DNA from: an uncultured Actinomycetota bacterium
GTDB taxonomy: Bacteria; Actinomycetota; Actinomycetes; JAFAQI01
NCBI GenBank assembly: GCA_963770565.1
Contig: CAVYQE010000011.1
Coordinates: 288,001 to 352,000, forward strand
Direction: 5' to 3'
Length of the DNA: 64,000 bases
The translations under genes and the position numbers were made by a program. Below, one piece after another: positions 57,234 through 64,000 of this stretch; position 1 is the stretch's first letter, and the number at the start of each line of letters is the position of its first letter. The notes below the pieces were generated by a model. The model had not been told where the DNA came from, did not search any database, and saw nothing but the letters and a program-made list of their open reading frames with translations.

Positions 57234-58760
57234 ATGGCCGCGACCTTCGTGGATCGTGCCCTTCTCCACGCCTCGGCTGGTGACGGCGGGAACGGCTGCG
57301 CCTCGGTGCACCGGGAGAAGTTCAAGCCGCTAGGTGGACCCGATGGTGGCGACGGCGGTCGCGGCGGGGACGTCGTACTGCTGGTCGACCCGAGTGTGAC
57401 CACGTTGCTCGACCTGCATCGCCACCCGCATCGCCGCGCCGCGAGCGGCAAGGCCGGACAGGGATCGAACCGCTCCGGCGCAGAGGGCGGCGACCTCGTG
57501 ATCGGCGTCCCCGACGGCACGGTCGTGCGGGACGCCGAAACCGGTGAGCTGCTCGCCGATCTCGTCGGTGCCGGCACCCGGTTCGTGGCCGCGAAGGGTG
57601 GGCGGGGCGGGCTCGGCAACGCCGCACTTGCCTCGTCGCGGCGCAAGGCGCCGGGCTTCGCGCTCCTCGGCGAGCCGGGGGACTCGCTCGAAGCCGTGCT
57701 CGAGCTCAAGAGCGTCGCCGACGTGGCGCTGGTCGGCTACCCCAACGCCGGCAAGTCGTCGTTGATCACGGCGCTGTCGGCCGCCCGGCCCAAGATCGCC
57801 GACTATCCGTTCACGACCCTGGTCCCCAACCTCGGCGTCGTCGAGGCCGGGGACACGGTCTTCACCGTCGCCGACGTGCCCGGCCTGATTCCGGGCGCGA
57901 GCAGCGGCAAGGGTCTCGGCCTGGAGTTCCTGCGGCACATCGAGCGCTGCGCGGTGATCGTGCACGTCGTCGACTGCGCGATCGCCGACTCGGAGCGCAA
58001 CCCGGTGGCCGACCTCGCACAGATCGAGGCCGAGCTCGCGGCGTACGACGAGGTCGTCGACGGCGGGTTGCTCGGCCGGCCGCGGATCGTCGCGCTGAAC
58101 AAGATCGACGTCCCAGATGCGAAGGATCTGGCCGACATGGTCCGCGCGGACATCGCGGCCAGTTGCGACTATCCGGTCTTCGAGGTCTCGGCGGCGACCC
58201 GCGTCGGGCTGCGCGAGCTCGGCTTCGCGATGGCGGCGGCCGTGGCGGAGTCGCGGGCTGCGACGGCGAGCGTCGAGCCGGCCCGGATCGTGCTTCGGCC
58301 GGCGGGGGCGCGGGATGCGGGTTTCAGCGTCGAGGTGGTTGGCGAGCAGGAGTTCGTGGTGTCCGGGGATCGGCCGCGGCGCTGGGTGCTGCAAACCGAC
58401 TTCACCAACGACGAAGCGGTCGGCTACCTCGCCGACCGGCTGGCCCGGCTCGGGGTCGAGGACCAGCTCGCCAAGCTCGGCGCGCAGCAAGGTGCGGCGG
58501 TGACGATCGGCGAGGTGACCTTCGACTGGGAGCCGGCCCTGCGTGACGGGGTCGGTGCACCACACGGCCTGCGTGGCACGGACGAGCGGCTCGAGGACCA
58601 CAGCCGGCCGCGCGCCGAAGATCGCAAGGCGGCCCGCAAGGCCCGGCGGTCGGCGTACGACGAAGAGGTCGAGCGGCTCGCGCGGGAGGCCGCACCCGAG
58701 GTCGCCGATCCGGCCGAGGTCACGGACGGAGTCCCTGCCGCGGACGGGGTCGACGAGTGA
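57234..58760 (+). CDS. obgE: GTPase ObgE
   Basis: [27 protein letters not shown] and NKID. Confidence 0.96.
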   Translation: MAATFVDRALLHASAGDGGNGCASVHREKFKPLGGPDGGDGGRGGDVVLLVDPSVTTLLDLHRHPHRRAASGKAGQGSNRSGAEGGDLVIGVPDGTVVRDAETGELLADLVGAGTRFVAAKGGRGGLGNAALASSRRKAPGFALLGEPGDSLEAVLELKSVADVALVGYPNAGKSSLITALSAARPKIADYPFTTLVPNLGVVEAGDTVFTVADVPGLIPGASSGKGLGLEFLRHIERCAVIVHVVDCAIADSERNPVADLAQIEAELAAYDEVVDGGLLGRPRIVALNKIDVPDAKDLADMVRADIAASCDYPVFEVSAATRVGLRELGFAMAAAVAESRAATASVEPARIVLRPAGARDAGFSVEVVGEQEFVVSGDRPRRWVLQTDFTNDEAVGYLADRLARLGVEDQLAKLGAQQGAAVTIGEVTFDWEPALRDGVGAPHGLRGTDERLEDHSRPRAEDRKAARKARRSAYDEEVERLAREAAPEVADPAEVTDGVPAADGVDE

Positions 58761-59875
58761 GCCGGGAGGTCATCGCGTCCGCGCGCCGGATCGTCGTCAA
58801 GGTCGGGTCGTCGTCGCTGGCCCACGAGCGCGGCGGCATCGACGCACCCCGGCTCGACGCCATCGTCGACGCGATCGCGACCAGAGTGGCCGGCGGCGCG
58901 CAGGTCGTGCTGGTGTCATCCGGCGCGATCGCGGCCGGGCTCGGCCCGCTCGGTCTATCGGCCCGGCCGCGCGACCTGGCCACGCAACAGGCGGCGGCCA
59001 GCATCGGGCAGGGGATGCTCGTCGCTGCCTATAGCGCCGCGTTTGCCCGGCACGACCTGACCGTCGGCCAGGTGCTGCTGACCGCGGACGACGTCGTTCG
59101 TCGCTCGCACTACCGCAACGCGGCCCGGACCTTCGAGCGTCTGCTCGGCCTCGGCATCGTGCCGGTGGTCAACGAGAACGACACGGTCGCGACCGAGGAG
59201 ATCCGGTTCGGCGACAACGACCGGCTGGCCGCCCTCGTTACGCACATCGTCAACGCCGATGCGTTGGTGTTGCTCTCCGATGTGGACGGCGTCTACGACA
59301 CCGACCCGGCACACGGGCCGGCCAGCCGGGTCAGCGACGTACGCGACGACGCGGACCTTTCCCATGTGCGCCTTGGCACGGTCGGCAAGCGCGGAGTCGG
59401 CAGCGGCGGCATGGCGACCAAGGTCGCGGCGGCGCGGATCGCAGCTGGGGCCGGGGTGCCGACCCTGCTCGCCCACGCCGACCAGGTGACACCCGCCCTA
59501 GGCGGTGCGGACGTCGGCACCTGCTTCCACCCGACCGGGCGCCGGGCGCCGGCCCGCCTGCTGTGGCTGGCGCACGCGACGACGGCTCGCGGCGGTGTAC
59601 GGCTCGATCCGGGCGCGGTCGCGGCGGTCGTCGAGCGGCGTACCTCGTTGTTGCCGGCCGGGATCGTGGCGGTCGAGGGCGACTTCGCCGCCGGCGACCC
59701 GATCGATCTGCTTGACGAAGCCGGCGTCGCGGTCGCCCGCGGGCTGGTGGCGTACGACGCGGCGGAGCTGCCCGCGTTGCTCGGCCGGTCGACCCGCGAG
59801 CTCGGCGAGACGCTGGGCTCCGCGTACTCGCGGGAAGTCGTGCATCGCGACGACCTGGTCATCCTCGACCGCTAG
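58757..59875 (+). CDS. proB: Glutamate 5-kinase
   Basis: [27 protein letters not shown] and PUA domain. Confidence 0.96.
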   Translation: MSREVIASARRIVVKVGSSSLAHERGGIDAPRLDAIVDAIATRVAGGAQVVLVSSGAIAAGLGPLGLSARPRDLATQQAAASIGQGMLVAAYSAAFARHDLTVGQVLLTADDVVRRSHYRNAARTFERLLGLGIVPVVNENDTVATEEIRFGDNDRLAALVTHIVNADALVLLSDVDGVYDTDPAHGPASRVSDVRDDADLSHVRLGTVGKRGVGSGGMATKVAAARIAAGAGVPTLLAHADQVTPALGGADVGTCFHPTGRRAPARLLWLAHATTARGGVRLDPGAVAAVVERRTSLLPAGIVAVEGDFAAGDPIDLLDEAGVAVARGLVAYDAAELPALLGRSTRELGETLGSAYSREVVHRDDLVILDR

Positions 59876-59880
59876 CCATC

Positions 59881-59934
59881 CACACGGATGGCCCATTGGT
59901 GGGCCTATAGCACCACCAATGGGCCATGCGTGTG
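59881..59934. repeat. Family A single palindromic copy after proB
   Basis: CACACGGATGGCCCATTGGTGGGCCTA|TAGCACCACCAATGGGCCATGCGTGTG, a 54-bp imperfect palindrome. Confidence 0.9.
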
Positions 59935-59970
59935 CGGGTTCGTCGTCGCCTGGCACTAACGTGCGGCGCT

Positions 59971-60456
59971 ATGGACGTTGTTGATCGCCCGAGCATCGTC
60001 GAGGGCTACGGCATCGCCGATGACGGCGAGGGGATGCTGCCGTTCAGCTGGGTCGAGGACCAGCTGGTCGCGGCGCACAACTACTGGGTCTGCTCGACCC
60101 GGGCCGACGGGCGGCCGCACGCGATGCCGGTGTGGGGGTTGTGGGTCGACGGCGCGGTGTGGTTCTCGACCGATCCGGCATCGCTGAAGGCCCGCAATCT
60201 CGCCACGCGGCCCGAGGTCGTCGTGCACCTCGAGAGTGGCGACGACGTGGTCGTCATCGAGGGCATCGTGTCGCGGGTGGGCGAGGCCGAGCTGCCGGAG
60301 CGGTTCGTCGACCTGTACGAGGAGAAGTACTCCCACCGGATCGACACCTCGGACCCTGCGTTCGGCTTCTACCGGGTGCCGCCCGACCGGGTCCTGGCGT
60401 GGCAGGAGCGCGACTTCCCGCGCTCGGCCACTCGGTTCTCCCGGAGTGCGCCGTAG
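59971..60456 (+). CDS. Pyridoxamine 5'-phosphate oxidase-like protein
   Basis: [26 protein letters not shown] and HLESGDDVV. Confidence 0.85.
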   Translation: MDVVDRPSIVEGYGIADDGEGMLPFSWVEDQLVAAHNYWVCSTRADGRPHAMPVWGLWVDGAVWFSTDPASLKARNLATRPEVVVHLESGDDVVVIEGIVSRVGEAELPERFVDLYEEKYSHRIDTSDPAFGFYRVPPDRVLAWQERDFPRSATRFSRSAP

Positions 60457-60466
60457 GATTTTCGGT

Positions 60467-61711
60467 GTGACCATCGCCGATGATGTGCTGGCCTGCGCGC
60501 AGCGTGCGCGGGTCGCCGCGGCCGCGCTGGCTCCGGTTCCCCGGTCGGTGAAGGACCGCGCGCTGCTCGCGATGGCCGATGCACTCGTCGCGAACTGCGA
60601 CGAGGTGCTCGCCGCCAATGCCGCCGACGTCGCCCGCGACGCCGACAACCCGCTGATCGACCGGCTCCGGCTCGACGAGAGCCGGGTCGCCGCGATGGCC
60701 GACGGGCTGCGGCAGGTGGCGCAGCTGCCGGACCCGGTCGGTGACGTCGTCCGCGGCTCGACCCTGGCAAACGGGTTGCAGCTGCGGCAGGTGCGAGTGC
60801 CGATGGGTGTGGTCGGGATCATCTACGAGGCCAGGCCGAACGTCACCGCCGATGCGGCCGGGCTCTGCCTGAAGAGCGGCAACGCGGTGCTGCTGCGCGG
60901 GTCGTCGAGCGCGCGGGAGAGCAACGCCGCACTGGTCCGCGTTCTCTCCGCTGCGGCGACCGAGGCGGGGTTGCCGGCCGACTGCGTGCAGATGGTGCCC
61001 GGCGACGACCACGAGTCGGCCAAGTACCTGATGCGGGCGCGCGGGCTGGTCGACGTGCTGATCCCGCGCGGCGGTGCCGGCCTGATCCGCAGCGTCGTCG
61101 AGGAGTCGACGGTGCCGGTCATCGAGACCGGTGTCGGCAACTGTCATGTGTACGTCGATGCCGACGCTGACCTCGACATGGCGATCTCGATCATCATGAA
61201 CGCCAAGACCCAGCGGCCGAGTGTCTGCAACGCGGCCGAGACGATGCTGGTGCACGCCGATGTGGCTGAAGCGTTCCTGCCTCGTGCGCTCGAGGCGTTG
61301 CAGGCGGCCGGCGTGACGATCCACGGCGACGAGGCGGTGGCGGCGTACTCGGATTCTGTTGTGCCCGCGACTGACGAGGACTGGGCGGCGGAATACCTGT
61401 CGCTCGACCTTGCCGTCGGCGTCGTACCGAGCCTCACCGAAGCGGTCGCGCACATCAGGCGGTGGGGGAGCGGTCACACCGAGGCGATCGTGACCGGCTC
61501 GCTCGAGGCCTCGCAGGCGTTCGTCTCGGGCCTGGACTCGGCGGCCGTGATGATCAACGCGTCGACCCGGTTCACCGATGGCGAGCAGTTCGGCTTCGGC
61601 GCCGAGATCGGGATCTCGAACCAGAAGCTGCACGCGCGCGGCCCGATGGGCCTGCCCGAGCTGACCACGACGACCTGGATCGTCACTGGCACCGGCCAGA
61701 TCCGCCCTTAG
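60467..61711 (+). CDS. proA: Gamma-glutamyl phosphate reductase
   Basis: [33 protein letters not shown] and LHARGPMGL. Confidence 0.96.
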   Translation: MTIADDVLACAQRARVAAAALAPVPRSVKDRALLAMADALVANCDEVLAANAADVARDADNPLIDRLRLDESRVAAMADGLRQVAQLPDPVGDVVRGSTLANGLQLRQVRVPMGVVGIIYEARPNVTADAAGLCLKSGNAVLLRGSSSARESNAALVRVLSAAATEAGLPADCVQMVPGDDHESAKYLMRARGLVDVLIPRGGAGLIRSVVEESTVPVIETGVGNCHVYVDADADLDMAISIIMNAKTQRPSVCNAAETMLVHADVAEAFLPRALEALQAAGVTIHGDEAVAAYSDSVVPATDEDWAAEYLSLDLAVGVVPSLTEAVAHIRRWGSGHTEAIVTGSLEASQAFVSGLDSAAVMINASTRFTDGEQFGFGAEIGISNQKLHARGPMGLPELTTTTWIVTGTGQIRP

Positions 61712-61723
61712 CGGACCCTGCGG

Positions 61724-61816
61724 GGCTCCAAGCAATGTCACATTGCCCGCCACTTCGTGGGGGCAATGTGACTCCACCCCCGCAAAGCCCTAGGCAATGT
61801 GACATTGCTTGGGGCC
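61724..61816. repeat. 93-bp palindromic element, family D
   Basis: 24-bp IR GGCTCCAAGCAATGTCACATTGCC / GGCAATGTGACATTGCTTGGGGCC (one mismatch); core GCAATGT(C/G)AC at 61732, 61763 and 61794. Confidence 0.85.
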
Positions 61817-61861
61817 GGTAGAATCGCGTTCTAGTGAGCTGAGCCGGGCTGGGGAGTCTGC

Positions 61862-62722
61862 ATGACGCTGTTCGCATCGCCTGATGACGTTCGCGAGCGT
61901 CTTGCCGCCACCGGTTACCTGGCCGACGACGCGATCGCGACCACCGTCTTTCTCGCGGACGCGCTCGGCAAGCCGCTGCTGGTCGAAGGCCCGGCCGGCA
62001 CCGGGAAGACCGAGCTGGCCAAGGCGGTCGCCACGGCAGCGAGCGCCGGTCTGGTCCGGCTCCAGTGTTATGAGGGGCTCGACGAGGCCCGTGCGCTCTA
62101 CGAGTGGAACTACCGCAAGCAGCTGCTGCGGATCCAGGCGGCCGGCGACCAGGCGTGGGAGGAGACCCACGACGACATCTTCTCCGAGGAGTTCCTGCTC
62201 GCCCGCCCGCTGCTCACCGCGATCCGCCGTGACGAGCCGACCGTGTTGCTCATCGACGAGACCGACAAGGCCGACGTCGAGGTCGAGGGCCTGCTGCTCG
62301 AGGTCCTGAGCGACTTCCAGGTCACGATCCCCGAGCTCGGGACGATCGAAGCGGTACGACGGCCCTTCGTCGTCCTCACCTCGAACGCGACCCGCGAGCT
62401 CTCCGAGGCGCTCAAGCGCCGCTGCCTGTTCCTGCACGTCGACTACCCGGACGCCGAGCGCGAGAAGGCGATCGTGCTGAGCCGGGTGCCCGAAGTGGTT
62501 GCCGATCTCGCCGAGCAACTGGTCCGCACCATCCGCACGTTGCGCGCGCTCGAGCTGAAGAAGGCGCCGAGCATCGCCGAGAGCATCGACTGGGCCAAGA
62601 CACTGACCGTGCTGGGCATCGAGACCCTGGACGAGGAGGCGGTCGCCCGCACCCTGGGCGTCGTCCTCAAGCACTCGTCGGACCAGGCCCGGGCGATCAA
62701 GGAGCTCGGGCTCAACCCGTGA
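61862..62722 (+). CDS. MoxR-family AAA+ ATPase (CoxD-like)
   Basis: EGPAGTGKT, RLQCYEGLD, LIDETDK and LSEALKRRC. Confidence 0.92.
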   Translation: MTLFASPDDVRERLAATGYLADDAIATTVFLADALGKPLLVEGPAGTGKTELAKAVATAASAGLVRLQCYEGLDEARALYEWNYRKQLLRIQAAGDQAWEETHDDIFSEEFLLARPLLTAIRRDEPTVLLIDETDKADVEVEGLLLEVLSDFQVTIPELGTIEAVRRPFVVLTSNATRELSEALKRRCLFLHVDYPDAEREKAIVLSRVPEVVADLAEQLVRTIRTLRALELKKAPSIAESIDWAKTLTVLGIETLDEEAVARTLGVVLKHSSDQARAIKELGLNP

Positions 62723-64000
62723 CGACCGACGCGGCGGCGAGCGACCCCCCGGGCGCCGGCGGGTTGGTCGACCGGCACGTCAGTTTCATGGGGGCGCTGC
62801 GATCCGCGGGGCTGCCGGTCTCGGTGGCCGAGTCGCTCGACGCCGGCCGCGCGATGGCGGCCATCGACCTGCTCGAGCGCGAGCAGCTCCGAGCCGCGTA
62901 CGCCGCCACCGTGGTCAAGCACCCGGCGCACCGCCCGGCATTCGACCGGCTCTTCGACCTGTGGTGGCCGTCGGCGCTCGGTGACGGCGAGTCCGGGCGG
63001 GACGACTCGGAGAGCGGCAATCTTGACGACGCCGACCCGGCCGACCTCGCGGCGATGCGCGACCAGCTCCGCGACCGGCTTCGCGACGTGCTGCTCTCCG
63101 GCGACGCCGAGTCGCTGCGCCGGCTCGCCCGCGAAGCGGTGAACGGCCTCGGCCGCACCGAGGGCGGGCAGCCTGGACGGCAGTCGTGGTTCACCTACCG
63201 CGTGCTGCGCGCGCTCAACCCGGAGACGCTGATGGCCTCGCTGCTCGAGTCGGTCCTCCGCGGCCAGGAGCGCGGCGGCCTGGCCGAGAAGGTCGCCCGG
63301 CAGATGCTGACCGAGCGGATGAAGGCGTTCGAGGAGCTGGTCGAAGCCGAGGTACGACGCCGGCTCGCCGAGGAGCGCGGCGCCGAGGCAATCGCGAAGA
63401 CTGCGGTGAAACCGCTGATCGACCAGGTCGAGTTCCTGCGCGCGTCCCGCGACGACCTCGCCGCGCTGCGGCGCGAGGTCTACCCGATCGCGCGCCGGCT
63501 GGCCACCCGGTTGACCGCGCGCCGGCGGCTCGGTCGAAACGGCCGGCTCGACGTGCGTCGTACCGTCCGGGCGTCGCTGTCCACCGGCGGGGTGCCACTG
63601 ACCACGATCTTCCGGCCGCACAAGCCGCACAAGCCCGAGCTCGTCGTGCTCTGCGACGTCAGCGGCTCGGTGGCGGCCTTCGCGCACTTCACCTTGCTGC
63701 TCGCCTTCGCCTTGCGCGAGCAGTTCGCCAAGGTGCGGGTGTTCGCCTTCGTCGACAGCACGGACGAGGTCACTCGGTTCTTCGACCGCGGTGGTGACGT
63801 CGTCGATGCGCTGGCGCGGATGTCGTCCGAGGCCGACGTGGTCTGGTACGACGGCCACAGTGACTACGGCCACGCGTTCGAGGTCTTCGCCCAGAAGTGG
63901 CCCGACGCGGTGGGCCCGAAGACCTCACTGCTCGTGCTCGGCGACGCGCGCACCAACTACCGCGCACCGTCCCTGCCGGCGCTGCGCGGGATCGTGCGGC
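62719..64000 (+). CDS. VWA domain protein (CoxE-like), truncated by the window end
   Basis: GTGA overlap with MoxR; manual translation gives GRLDVRRTVRASLSTGGVP, LCDVSGSV (MIDAS) and LGDARTNY. Confidence 0.88.
   Translation, partial: MTTDAAASDPPGAGGLVDRHVSFMGALRSAGLPVSVAESLDAGRAMAAIDLLEREQLRAAYAATVVKHPAHRPAFDRLFDLWWPSALGDGESGRDDSESGNLDDADPADLAAMRDQLRDRLRDVLLSGDAESLRRLAREAVNGLGRTEGGQPGRQSWFTYRVLRALNPETLMASLLESVLRGQERGGLAEKVARQMLTERMKAFEELVEAEVRRRLAEERGAEAIAKTAVKPLIDQVEFLRASRDDLAALRREVYPIARRLATRLTARRRLGRNGRLDVRRTVRASLSTGGVPLTTIFRPHKPHKPELVVLCDVSGSVAAFAHFTLLLAFALREQFAKVRVFAFVDSTDEVTRFFDRGGDVVDALARMSSEADVVWYDGHSDYGHAFEVFAQKWPDAVGPKTSLLVLGDARTNYRAPSLPALRGIVR

Overview
High-GC actinobacterial chromosome segment with three parts. 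(1) 1-15.5 kb holds accessory genes: PLP decarboxylase, VOC and PPOX enzymes, an ECF sigma factor with a repeat-bearing membrane partner, a DrrAB-type ABC exporter and secreted proteins. (2) 15.5-32.8 kb is a tandem array of three elements integrated at tRNA-Gly(TCC), separated by copies of the tRNA 3' half. These are an integrase-less RHH/Doc toxin-antitoxin cassette; a 5.8 kb element with an AbiEi/AbiEii-like pair, HNH nuclease and tyrosine integrase; and a 10.5 kb mobilizable element with integrase, excisionase, MobF relaxase, a nucleotidyltransferase and an IS21 remnant. (3) 32.9-64 kb is core genome: tRNA-Pro, tig, clpP1/P2, clpX, valS, folC, ndk, mreBCD-pbp2-rodA, radical SAM pair, rne, rplU, rpmA, obgE, proB, proA and MoxR/VWA. 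The most notable signal is an AbiEi-like gene with a DUF559/Vsr-like nuclease domain (42832-43791) lying between folC/DUF4233 and ndk. It is bracketed by two 80-bp direct repeats built from a 31-bp palindromic unit, and gene-less copies occur at three other intergenic sites. Two unrelated intergenic palindrome families show similar spacing (31-bp period; 59-60 bp spacer). This suggests a REP/REPIN-like repeat system linked to a non-RAYT nuclease (inference). Clustered frameshifts (5.3-6.1 kb and pbp2) are probably sequencing errors. All assignments come from motifs read by eye; no database searches were run.
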